A stretch of DNA of 51,806 nucleotides from Chiloscyllium plagiosum (Eukaryota): assembly GCF_004010195.1 (NCBI RefSeq), contig NC_057760.1, forward strand, positions 2,325,158-2,376,963, given 5' to 3'. A program made the position numbers and the translations under genes. The first letter of the stretch is position 1. Each line of letters opens with the position of its first letter. The notes below the pieces were generated by a model that did not search any database, had not been told where the DNA came from, and saw nothing but the letters and a program-made list of their open reading frames with translations. Positions 11,132 to 23,009 of this stretch are shown here, in pieces.

Positions 11132-11369
11132 GTAAATTGAAAAAAAGCACGGCTGGAATGAAATATGGAATGTTGAGATCCTTCCTATCTCGCGCTCTCC
11201 CTCCCCCTCTCTTCCCTGAGGCACTGGCTCCCACTGTAGGATGGCTGCCTGCTATCTGGTCCCTCACCTGGGCAGGTAGGTGACCAGGCTGTAGACAGAG
11301 TCCCCTCCTATCTGGGGTCTCTTTAGAATCGCTTGGCATCCTTTGGAGGAGAACTTCTTGCTTTGTCAA

Positions 11370-13040
11370 AAAAAGGCAAATCTCCATGTGACTAGAGATA
11401 GAAGTTTGATTAGTCTGGATCACGTTGACATAAGTAGGGAAGACGTGTTCGGTATGCTAGAGGTTATTAAGGTGGACAAATCCCCAGGACTGGATGGGAT
11501 CTATCCCAGGTCGCTGAGGAAGGCGAAAGAGGAAATAGCTGGGGCTCTGACAGATATCCTTGTGCCATCCTTAAATACAGGTGAGGTGCCGGAGGACTGG
11601 AAGGTTGCTAATGTTGTCCCCCTGTACAAGGGTCATAGGGATATTCCAGGTAACTACAGACCAGTGAGCCTGATGTCGGTGGTGGGAAAGTTGCTGGAGA
11701 GGGTACTGAGGGATAGGACCTATTTATATTTAGAAAAGAATGGGCTTATCAGTGATAGGCAACATGGTTTTGTATGGGGGAGATCGTGCCTTACCAACTT
11801 AATAGAGTTCTTCGAGGAAGTGACCAAGTTGATAGATGTTTTGATAATCCCTGATGTCATAACATGGACTTTAGTAAGGTGTTTGATAAGGTTCCCCATG
11901 GTAGACTAATGGAGAAAGTGAAGTTACATGGTGTGCAGGGTGTTCTAGCTAGGTGTATAAAGAACTGGTTGAACAACAGGAGACAGAGTAGTAGTTGAAG
12001 GGAGTTTCTCGAAATGGAGAAAGGTGACCAGTGGGATTCCACAGGGGTCAGTGTTGGGGCCACTGTTGTTTGTAATATACATAAATGATCTGGAAGAGGG
12101 CACTGTTGGTATGATCAAGTTTGCATATGACGCAAAGATTGGTGGTGTAGCAGAAAGCACAAGGGACTGTCAGAGAATAAGGAGGACATAGATAGACTGG
12201 AGAGTTGGGCGGAAAAGTGGCAGATGGATTTCAATCCAGACAAAGGCGAGGTGATGCATTTAGGTAAGACTAATTCTAGAGCGAATTATACAATGAACGG
12301 AAGAGCCTTGGGAAAAGTTGATGGGCAGAGAGATCTGGGAGTGCAGGTCCATTGTACCCTGAAGGTTGCTGCACAGGTGGATAGAGTGGTCAAGAAGGCA
12401 TATAGTATGCTTGCCTTCATTGGTCAGGGTATTGAGTATAAGAGCTGGCAAGTCATGTTAACATTGTACAAGACATTGGGTCGGCTGCATTTAGAATACT
12501 GTGTGCAGTTCTGGTCGCCACATTACCAAAAAGATGTGGACGCTTTGGAGAGGATGCAAAGAAGGGTACGAGAATGTTGCCTGGTATGGAAGGTACTAGC
12601 TATGAAGAGAGGTTGAGTAGGTTAGGTTTATTTTCATTAGAAAAAAGGAGATGGGGGGGACCTGATTGAGGTCTACAAAATCATGAAGGGTATAGACCGG
12701 GTGGATAGAGACAAGCTTTTTCCCAGGGTGAAGGATTCAATAACGAGAGGTGAAAAGGATTCAAGGTGAGAGGTGAAAAGTTTAAGGGCGATACACACTG
12801 CATGTACTTCACACAGAGGGTGGTGGGCATTTGGAACGTGTTGCCAGCAGAGGTGGTAGAGGCAGATACAGTAGATGCATTTAAGATGTGTCTGGACAGA
12901 TGCATGAGTAGGTAGGGAGCAGAGGGATACAGATGCTTAAGAATTGACCAACAGGTTTAGACAGTGCATTTGGATTGGCTCAGGCTTGGAGGGCCGAAGG
13001 GCCTGTTCCTGGGCTGCAAATATTTTGTTCTTTGTTCTCC
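11370..13040 (+). mobile_element. CR1 LINE ORF2 RT domain to 3' end, frameshifted
   Basis: KSPGLDGIYPR...GNYRPVSL...QHGF...[30 protein letters not shown]; 3' tail ggagggccgaagggcctgttcct. Confidence 0.92.
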
Positions 13041-13442
13041 CTCAGTACCCGCCCCAACATGTTATGAATATGTCGTAGAGGGATAGGAGGATATTGGGAC
13101 AAAGAACCAGATCCTGGCCTAGGGGAAGAAGGTTAAGTTTCCCAGCAGGGAATGATGGTGTGTTGATGGGAGAGGGGATGTAAGACCTGCTGAGAAGGAG
13201 CCTGGTCCAGCTAAAACATCCCTCTTTGGGTCTCTGAATTGCCAGATCTTCCAGGTAACATGTTGCACCTTCTGAGCAGAAGATCTGGTAAGAGAGAGGG
13301 ACGGAGAGTGATGAGAGGGGTGTGGTTGGTGGTGGAGCAGAGACAGGGAGGTTCAGGCAATAGTCACATTATCTGAGTGTCAACCCACCTTGCACCTTCT
13401 TTGGAGTAAGACTGTCTTATGTGTTTTGTTTTTAAATGAAAG

Positions 13443-13481
13443 CCTCACATCCTGAGATTCTCCATCACAGATGAGGACTGA
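13443..13481 (+). CDS. TDRD10: TDRD10 terminal coding exon
   Basis: gtgttttgtttttaaatgaaag|CCT. Encodes PHILRFSITDED* (cf. recalled mammalian C-terminus HILKFEESK); phase matches the previous exon. Confidence 0.8.
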   Translation, partial: PHILRFSITDED

Positions 13482-13529
13482 AGGCAGCCTAGTCACACGG
13501 GAACAAACCTGAACACTGGTGAAAACAAA

Positions 13530-13647
13530 AATAAAGTAATTGTCACAACCAGATTATATGCTAATCGACCACCGATCTTTAGAGCTCTGAGCTGTAGAGG
13601 GATAGGGAAGGGGGAATAATTGCCACAGCACTGAATAAAAGAATAAA
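13530..13647 (+). promoter_or_regulatory. Candidate TDRD10 polyadenylation signals (AATAAA at 13530, 13634, 13642)
   Basis: Three canonical hexamers 50-165 nt after the stop codon. Confidence 0.55.
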
Positions 13648-14354
13648 TGTATCACTAGAATGAGCACATGAAATGAATCAGTGTGTCAAGGGATTATTTT
13701 TGTCTATGCCTGATATCCCCAGTTCTTCTACAGAATAAGGGGACGCTTGTTTAACACTGCGATGTAGAGGATTTCTTCTCTGGGAATAGTGAGTATCTGG
13801 AAATCCCTATCCTTGTGAGTTGTGGAGGCTAGATCATTAAAACATTCGAAGAGGAGGTAGAAGACATAGGGGAGCTGAAGGCATTGAGGAGATCAGGCCT
13901 GGGGTAGATCAGCCATGATCTTGCTGAATGGTGGGGCTTCCTTGAGCTGAACGGTTTACTCCCAGTCCTCTTAAGTTCTTATGCCCTTCTCTGGGTGACA
14001 GTACTGGTGGGAGAAAGGAGTGACTTGCCACCTCCTCAAAACCCAAGGTATCAGTTTGCTGTGGTCTTCTCCCTTCGCAAAACAGGGGATGTCCTCTCCA
14101 AAGTGCAACTTCCATCCTGGCAGAATTGGATTTACCCTTCACAGGAGGGATGGTGGGTAATGGGAAACCCCTGCTGCTTCATTGTTATTGTTTACATGCA
14201 CCCCTGACATGTTGTAACTCTTCTAAAGTAGCTTTAAAATGCAGGAAACGAGCCGAAGTGCATCTTCAGTGAGTCAGTGTGGCCACAATGAGCTTAAAGG
14301 ACTCATCTGTTTAAAAACAGCCGTGATCTAGAAAATGCTGTAAAATCCTCTTGT

Positions 14355-14560
14355 CACTGTCCCTACCAAATACTCACAGGACAGATACAGCACGGAATTA
14401 CTACAGAGTGAAGCTCCCTCTGCATTGTCCAAATCAGGACAGGGACAGCATGTGATTAGATACACAGTACACCTCCCTCTGCTATTTACACTCTCCCCGT
14501 CAAATACTCCCAGAACAGAATCAGCACAGAGTGATGTACTGTGTTAAAGCTGCTTCCACA
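14355..14560 (-). repeat. Degenerate copies of the ~75-bp minisatellite also seen at 47690 and 51115
   Basis: aaatactcccagaacag/caggacagggacagca...gattagatacacagtacacctccctct is the reverse complement of the unit. Confidence 0.6.
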
Positions 14561-15089
14561 CAGATGTTGCAAGGAAAGTAGAGTAAAAGCCAAATGTTAA
14601 GCATGCTCTTTTTAATTATCAGGAACTGAGGAAACAGCTATTTTGCAAGGCTGAAAATAAAGTTGAACTGAAGCTTGTTCCCATTGGTGCCCAGCTGAGG
14701 GAGTCTCTAGGCCTTGGAGCTGTAGAATTCTCAGCACAAAAGCAAGGCCCAGTTAATCTGAGTTATCAATCACAAGCCTCATCAACATTTCCTATTCCTC
14801 TCTCCTTTGTGTTATCCAGCTTTTCCCTTAAATGCATCTGTCATTCACCTTGACCACTCCCCCAATCAGTGCATTCCCCCAATCTTCCCACTTCCCAATA
14901 GAACAAGTACGCTATTCTCCCCACACTCTGGGAGAAGATATTGCTTTTTAATTCCTGGTTCGATTTATTAGTGAGTTGACTTGTGTTTATAATCTCCAAA
15001 AATTTCACCTTAACTGTTCCAAGTTCAACACATTTCCATACTGCTTTGCTAAACATCTACCTGGTTCCTTCTTGACTAAAAGCACTCCA

Positions 15090-15210
15090 GGCGAAAGTGA
15101 GGACTGCAGATTAGAGTCGGGTGTGTGGTGCTGGAAAAGCACAGTAGGTTAGGCAGCATCCGAGGAGCAGGTATTTTGATGTTTTGGGCAAAAGCCCTTC
15201 ATCAGGAATC
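15090..15210 (-). mobile_element. PLE family A terminal fragment with degenerate hammerhead
   Basis: Reverse complement reads gattcCTGATGAagggc(tttt)gcccAAAAcatc followed by the family A tail. Confidence 0.75.
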
Positions 15211-16701
15211 ACTCTATTCCAGATACAATTCCAACTAACTAAATTGTAGATCCAGTGCACAACTGAGGGAGAACAAGACTGTCATTTTGCTGAAATAGTA
15301 AAGCCAAGAACCCCTCAGCAGCTTGTAAAAGAACCCAGCACTTGAATTATATTTCTGAGGAGAGGTGGGAGAGGCAAGGATAGTGTTGGGGGCAGGGGTG
15401 TATCTCTCTCTCTCTTTCTCTCCTCTCCCCCCCCCCCCCCCCCCCCCAGCTTTCTCCTGTGGCCCAATAATTGTCCCTCACAATCTATGTCAAGGCAGAT
15501 TGTTTGGCCATTCCCATATTATTTATGGGACCCCGCTGCGCAATGAATTGGTTACTGTTATTTGACATTAATAGTGGCTATGCTGCAGAACACTCCATTG
15601 GCTGAGGGGGAATGCTGTGAGATGGTGAAAGGTGCTAGGGAAATGCACATCATCCTTTTAGTGTCTGCCACATTTTTATGCAGGTTTCCACTGCCCCATC
15701 AAGCAGCACATTTCAGATTATAACTCTGACAAGAGACAGTCTTGTCTCACCTTGCTGGTCCTTTTGCTGAACAGCTTCAATCTACATCAATCTGGTTATC
15801 AACCCTCCTGCCTGCAGGAATAGTTTCTCCTTATTTATTATCTCCAAACCCTTTCATGATTTTAAACACTTCTGTCAACCTCTTAACCTCCCTGCTCTAA
15901 AACCGGCTACCCTATTTTGTTCAAGTCCCTCATTGTTGCTGCTGTTCCAGTAAATCTCTTGTACCATCTAAATCCTGCTCCTGTCACAAAGGTTTCAATG
16001 AAGAGATTGTGATTATGTCTCGTTCATAAACCCTTCCACCACTGCACATGGTTGATACATTCTTTCTCTAAAAAGAGTAGGCTATTCAAACCAAGCTTGT
16101 TCTCTCATTCAGTCAGACCATGGCCTACACAGCTTAGTCCATTAAAAAAAACAATTAAACCAAAGTTTGACAGATTTAATTTATTTGGAAAAAAAATAGA
16201 ATTCCACATTTGCATTTGTATGAAAATGCTTCCTAAAATCCTTCAACAGTCTAATTCCAACTTTAAAGGTTATTTTCCTCACCTAAAGGATCTCATCCAA
16301 TCTACAAAATCCTTTAATCATCATCTTAAACTCCTCAGTTCGATCAGATTCCAATCTTCTGTACTTGGGGAATACAAGCCTAGTCTGTCCAGTCTGTATT
16401 CGTAACCTTTCTTGAATTGTTCTGGGGCATCTCTGAAAGGCCAATATATCCTTAACAAGGTGCGATGCCCAGCATTGAATGTGGTTAGACTAGCTGGGGT
16501 CCACTAGAGCTTTGCTAATGACCAGCACATTCACAATAACTGCATCCTACTGCCTGGGAGCAGTCCAAACTACTCCAACGCTGACCACAGAAATATTTAG
16601 TGAACAGACACACCCACTCATACCGATCTGCAACCATCATGTGTGTCTTTATCTTGCATTGTTATGGGCGGTTCATGTGTGTCTTTATCTTGCATTGTTA
16701 T

Positions 16702-17020
16702 GGGCGGTACGGTGGCACAGTGGTTAGCACTGTTGCCTCACAGCACCAGAGACCTGGGTTCAATTCCCGCCTCAGGCAACTGTCTGTGTGGAGTTTGCAC
16801 ATTCTCCCTGTGTCTGCATGGGTTTCCTCCGGGTGCTCCAGTTTCCTCCCACAGTCCAAAGATGTGCAGGTTAGGTGAATTGGCCACACAAAATTGCCCA
16901 TAGTATTAGGTGAAGGGGTAAGCATAGGGGAATGGGTCTGGGTGGGTTGCTCTTCGGAGGGTCGATGTGGACTTGTTGGGCCGAAGGGTCTGTTTCCACA
17001 CTGTAAGTAATCTAATCTAT
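16702..17020 (+). mobile_element. HE1 SINE (tRNA-derived V-SINE), full length
   Basis: A/B-box head ggcacagtggttagcactg...ggttcaattcc, V-domain gtgtggagtttgcacattctcc...gggtttcctccgggtgctcc, LINE-derived tail gggccgaagggtctgtttcc. Confidence 0.9.
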
Positions 17021-17656
17021 AATCTAAATAGTCTCAAAATCATCTTTGTCCTCCCAAGCTCTTCTGGCTGGCAGTGTGCTAACTTGCACCAGACTCTGTG
17101 TGTGCAGCAGCTTCTGTGCTCAGCGACCTAGCCTGGCTCCCAGTCCTGCAAGACCCCTTTAAAATCCTCAGTCTCTTCTTCCAAATCCTTCCTGTGCTTA
17201 CCTACCCCCCCCCCCCCCCCAGTTCTGGCCTCTTGCTGTTCCTTGACCCTTAGGTACCACTATGCTTAGCCAAGCTGCCGAGTTCCAAAGTTCTACAATT
17301 ATCTCCCAAAACCCCTCTGCCTTATTCTCTGCTTAAACAATTTAACCACTCCTCAGTGAGGCAGTTTATCATAACTAGAATGCCAACAGAACCTTAACCC
17401 CAAAGAGCTCGAAGTAACATCTGGGATCATATGGTACTCCAGCCCTTCCCATATGATAGATTCTACATGCTTTCTCTTGCCAGACGTCTGCTGCCTCCTT
17501 TTAAGATTTAATCTAAAGCCTGCTATACTGTAATGTCCTTTATGATTCTGTCAATTTTTATAATGACTCTGGTTACACTCCCTGATGTGTGACTACATCA
17601 AAAGGCACAATATAAGAGGAAGTTGCTGTGACTTCTTATTAGTGGCACATTCACCG

Positions 17657-18230
17657 AGTTATAGAGATGTACAGTATGGAAACAGACCCTTGGGTCCAAC
17701 CCGTCCACCTTCCTATTCATATACCCATCCAAATGCCTCTTAAATGTTGCAGTTGTACCAGCCTCCACCACATCCTCTGGCAGCTCATTCCATACACGTA
17801 CCACCCTCTCCGTGAAAAAGTTGCCACTTAGGTCTCTTTTATATCTTTTCCCTCTCAACCTAAACCTATACCCTCTAGTTCTGGACTCCCCGACCACAGG
17901 GAAGAGACTTTACCTATTTATCCTATCCATGCCCCTCATAATTTTGTAAACCTCTATAAGGTCACCCCTCGGCCTCTGGCGCTCCAGGGAAAACAGCCCC
18001 AGCCTGTTCAGCCTCTCCCTATAGCTCAGATCCTCCAACCCTGGCAACATCCTTGTCAATCTTTTCTGAACCCTTTCAAGTTTCACAGCATCTTTCTGAT
18101 AGGAAGACCAGAATTGAATGCAATATTCCAACAGTGGCCTAACCAGTGTCCTGTACAGCCACGACATGACCTCCCAACTCCTGTACTCAATACTCTGCCA
18201 ATAAAGGAAAGCATACCAAATGCCGCCTTC
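17657..18230 (-). mobile_element. HER1/CR1 LINE 3' end
   Basis: Minus-strand ORFs LYRTLVRPLLEYCIQFWS...LERVQKR and NFFTERVVRVWNELP; tail shared with HE1. Confidence 0.88.
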
Positions 18231-20559
18231 AGAGAAAGAGGCAATGCAAGAAATAGGAGTGGACATAGTCCATTCGACACTCAATGCTGCACCATTTACT
18301 GAAGAGAATGTTCTTCAATCTTCTGTTTTCCTCAGACTCAATTCCCTTAGTTACCACAAACTCAGCCTTCAACACACAAACGATTGAGCAACCACAAATC
18401 TCTGACATGGAGGATTTCCAAAGATTCAAGAACCCTGAGTGATGAGATTTCCCCTCTCTTTACCTCCGTTCCAGATGGCCAAACTGCAGCCCATTTCAGA
18501 CATCTTCAGAGAGGGGAAAGCATTTTGTTTGAGATCAAGCTATAGAGGTCATAGGCAGTCAATACAATTGTTCTTCATATAACAATCCCAGGAATTTGTC
18601 TTGTAAACTATGCTGCTGTCCTAAAAGTCTAATATGTTCATCCTTGGGTAAGGAGAATAAAACTAGACATACTCCAGCTGTGATCTTAGCAAGGGCTCTG
18701 TAGAATTGCAGCAAGTTTTTTTTTCCCCCTCCCTCACTGTTGCAGTGATGGAAGACTAACGTGCCGTTGCTTTCTGGACATGCATTTTAGAATCCCTACA
18801 GTGTAGAAGCAGATCATTTGGCCACTGAGTCCACACCGACCCTCTGAAGAGATAATTCTGAGATTTATGTACAAGGACAATCCCTGAATACCAGCATCTC
18901 CCAGTTGCAACACAGTGTATTAAGAAAAACAAAGCCTGCTTTTCTGTTTTCCCTCAAATGGAAAATTGCATATTTGCATATGATATTCCACCTGGTCTTG
19001 TTCATTCATTAAATCTATGCAATTCCTTCTACATCTGCCTCAGTTAACATTCCAATTTGGTTTTGTCCAGATCAACAGAAAAATGATTTTCTGTTTCTTT
19101 ACTCAAGTTCTATAATACCAATTGATGTTTTTAGGCTGCCTGTTCAATTCTGTTATATCAATGGATTTAAACCCAGGCCTTCTGGCCTAGAGATATGAAC
19201 ACTACCACAGCAGCAGTGCCTACTTGTAGATTAAACACAAAATAATGCAGCTGCTGAAAATCTAAAATACAAAAGTAGTGCTGGAGAAACTCAGCAGGTC
19301 TGGCAGCATCTGTCTGATACGACACCTTGTGAACTATTTGTCGACTTTTGTTTAAAAATCAACCTATTCAAGTGTGTAAAGCAGCACCTCTGGAGCAGGG
19401 CCTTCTTGCTCAGAGGTGGGGACACTACCACTAGAGCATGAGATCCAAATGATTCAGGTAGGTTGGAGCCATGACTGGAATGATTGGGACTTGAACTCTG
19501 ACATGCTGGAGGGAGACACCAACACTGCACCTGTAAATCTTCATAAATTGCATTCTTCATCTTTATTGATGCCGACCTCAGTTTAAGACCACGCATTAAT
19601 CCTAAAGCTAATCAACTAGTAATGGCCTGCTATTTTGAAAATATCCTGTTTATTCCAACTTTGTTCTGGTCTTCAACTAATTTGCATTCCAAGCAAATAT
19701 AATACTTCCAATCTTGAGAGTGCTGAAGTCAGTCTCATTAAATCCACTGTGCACTCTGTTGGTTACAACTCTAGAACGTTTTCTCAGCAAATCCAGTTTC
19801 CCTTTAAATGTAGTTATTTGTTTTAAGCACCCAGTTAAAACATCCTTGTTAATAAAATGCAAGGTCATCATAGTCTTACTAGACCTTAGGGCTGCTCTGT
19901 GATGATCACATTCATCATGCCTCAGCCAAGGGGAGAGCTCTTCATGGTAACCTCAGCCAGTGCAGGATTGAACCCACACTGTAGGCATCACTCTGCAATT
20001 CAAAACTAGCTAACTCGCCCCCATCCTTGTTGATAGCATAAATGCTGCTAAGGTGAGGGTTCGTGTAACACAGTGGTAGTGTCTATTCTCTGAGCCAGGA
20101 GATCTGGGTTCAATCCCATCTGCTGCAGAGGTATGTAACATCTCTGATCAGGTTGATTTGAAAATACCTTTACCCTAACTGGTGTCCGGCTCGCCCCTTT
20201 ACTCTGTCCCACTGATGTAGAAGAGCAAGGTTACACTTGCTACAATTCAGAGGATCTAACTGGAATCCCAAAGATGTAACAGGACAAAAAAAAACACATT
20301 GGCAGCACGTCCTCAACAGAATCAGGCCTATAGGATGAAAAAAAAAAGCAATCTTTGCAGAATTAAAGCTACATACTATTTGTCGATATGGAAAGAGCTG
20401 CTTCAGTACTGTAAAATCTCACCATTACCCTTCAAGTTCAAAAGGATCTGCCTCCAGCAGTGCGTTGAGAATGCATGTTGGATTTGAATGGCTGCCTGCT
20501 CCTCGATCTTGTCACCTATTCACTTGCAATATTCACAGTTGTAACAGATGTAAAGATCT

Positions 20560-20860
20560 TCCATTATCTATGATCCCAATGGACCCAATCCCTTTCCATT
20601 TACTCCCACTGTGCATAATCCTAATGGAATCCAAACCCCTTTTTTTATTTCAAATTATACACAATCCCAGTATATTCAAACTCGTGACCATTATAACCAA
20701 ACCCCTCACCATTCACTCCCACTGTACACAATCGCAATAGATCAAATCCCTTAAGTTCACTTTACACGATCTGGAGTGAACCAAAACTTTTTCATTCATT
20801 CCCAATGTACATCATCCCAACGCATCCAAACCACTTCCCACTCACTCCCATTGTCCCATT
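20560..20860. repeat. Degenerate ~45-bp tandem repeat (cacaatcccaatggacccaaacccctttccattcactcccactgta-like)
   Basis: About 6 diverged units; the same family occurs at 21655-21820. Confidence 0.65.
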
Positions 20861-21379
20861 TCCAGCTACTAGTTTTCTGGACAAAGGAGCACCTGGAACA
20901 AGGAGGAGAGAGATACAGACCAAAATTATAAAAGATAAAACAGCCACAAGCTTGGTTCCTGGCTGTCTGCTGTCCCAGCCCACCATGGTCTTCCGTGTTA
21001 CAAACACTGGCACAGAGAGACATCAGGCAGAAGTCCATAAACTGCAGTCATTAATAAACTGTAATTATCAGTTCAGAAAGATACACATCTTCACAAAACC
21101 AGCATACATTTTAAACAAAAAAAAAAGATAAAAAGGTGCATGTGAAGATAGGGAAAAAATAAATTAAAAGTCCACATTGATACCTAGTTAGAGGTGAGGT
21201 GAGGGAAGGCCAAAAAAACTAGATGCAAAAATTGATCCAAATCTATTCAAAATCCAGTTTATATGAAGTGGATTTAAGAGTCTGCAGGAGCAGGATACCC
21301 AGTACACGGGGCCTGGCAAGAGAAAGGATTTGCAGTATTTGTCCATGTGTGTACAGATGTATACTTGTATATACAGGGT

Positions 21380-21385
21380 TTTATT
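21380..21385 (-). promoter_or_regulatory. Proximal candidate UBE2Q1 poly(A) signal (AATAAA)
   Basis: tttatt on + about 140 nt past the stop. More distal candidates at 20644, 19562 and 16180; true 3' end unknown. Confidence 0.3.
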
Positions 21386-21521
21386 TTATAATAAGTATAT
21401 GATCCAAGGTTCCGGCTGAAGCCCATTCGTGTCTCAGGGGAAGAGGCAGCTATCGATAAGATGGAGTTTTCCCAATCGGTGCAGCTTAAGTTGGTCCTGA
21501 AGCATGTGGCACCTGGCAAGG

Positions 21522-21553
21522 CTAGCCATCCTCTTTGGGTGGGGTATACCAGC
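21522..21553 (-). CDS. UBE2Q1: UBE2Q1 exon 13 (terminal coding part)
   Basis: cag|GC TGG TAT ACC CCA CCC AAA GAG GAT GGC TAG = (G)WYTPPKEDG*. Confidence 0.96.
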
Positions 21554-21654
21554 CTGCGGGTACAAAAGTCAGAGTGCTAGATAGTTCTGGAAGACACTGC
21601 CTTCTCTCATTCTTCATATCAAACAGTGATCATCTTAATGTCAAACAGCGGCAC

Positions 21655-21820
21655 TGCCATTGTACAAGATCCCCAAGGGCAAAAAATACATTTCTATTGT
21701 CCATAATCTCAATGTACCCAAACCCCTTTCCATTCACTGTAGACAATCTCAATGGACCCAAACCCCTTGTGATTCATTCTCTTTGTACACAATACGAAGC
21801 TCTTCCCATTTACTCCCTCA
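21655..21820. repeat. Degenerate ~45-bp tandem repeat, second block
   Basis: aatctcaatgtacccaaacccctttccattcactgtagacaatctcaatggacccaaacccctt. Confidence 0.65.
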
Positions 21821-23009
21821 GGGCTGGCTGGTGTACATCACTCCCACAGACATGGCTGATGTACATTGATTGATAATGTGCAGCAGCTTTCTACAGACAA
21901 AGCAGCTGAACACCAAGCTTAAAGCCACCTGATGCTTTTATTTTCCAGAGCCTCAATACAAACAGAGGCTGTGCATCAAGACCAAATAGCAGCAACTGAG
22001 CTAAGGTCACCCACACCTGTTTATTTTACAGCTAACAGATGAGAGATCTGGGCTGGAATCCTAGCAGGACACAGGTGAAAGTACACTGTACTAACTCAGT
22101 GTGCCACCCAGTCTCAATAATACAAGCCATTGTGCTGTAAATCATACTAACAGCTAGCAAATAAAGTAGACATTACTGCTGTTATGAATTGTCAGATCAT
22201 ACAGTGACAGATCTGATTCCACAAGTACACTCAGCATTGTATAGCAATACTCCTGTCTCCAGTGTGCCAAATACCAATATTGCAAGGCTAAAAATAGTCT
22301 CTCCTCAGACCTAATCTAGAAATGGAGCACAGTGCATTATGTACATTAGAAATGGACACTTGCATAATATCTTATAACATTAACTTTGCACCTTATGTCA
22401 GCCTTGCCTCAAAGCACTTTGCACAGTTCATTGTTTATTGGGGCACAGTGACAGTGATGTGGGGAATTCCCACAACTAGAGGTGATTGACACTTGGCAAA
22501 CTGTGTTTCAGCTACATGCCCCAACCAATTGAATTCCCACAGGATTTTTAACATCCAGAAGACCATCCACTGGGAATGGTCAGTGTCCAGCATCTCCTGT
22601 AGAAGAATGGTTATCTCCTACACTCGGCACACCTTCAGCTGTAACTTCACACCAGGACAATGGGTTCACAAGGCCCGAGTATTGGGTGAAGACAAACAGG
22701 CCAGGCCAGGCAATGGCGTAGTGATATTGTTAGTGAATGAGTAATCCAGAGACCCAGGCAACGTTGCGGGGACCTGGGTTTAAATCCCATAGTGGCAAAA
22801 CAAAAGTCCGACAATGACCACGAAACTATTTTCATAAAAACCTGCCTGCTATTAACACTCTTCAGGGAAAGCGATTTGCTGTCCTTATTTCATGACTTTG
22901 TATGACCTAGCGCAGGTTTGGTAGGCTGAAGGGCCTGTTCCTGTGCTGTGTTGTCCTTTGACTCCAGATGCACATAAATGTGGTTAGCTCTCAACTGCCT
23001 TCTGAAATG

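Noticed and set aside
16702..16775. tRNA-like sequences (also about 6105, 20070, 27510 and 45190)
   Set aside because: They are SINE heads followed by SINE bodies, not complete cloverleaf tRNA genes.
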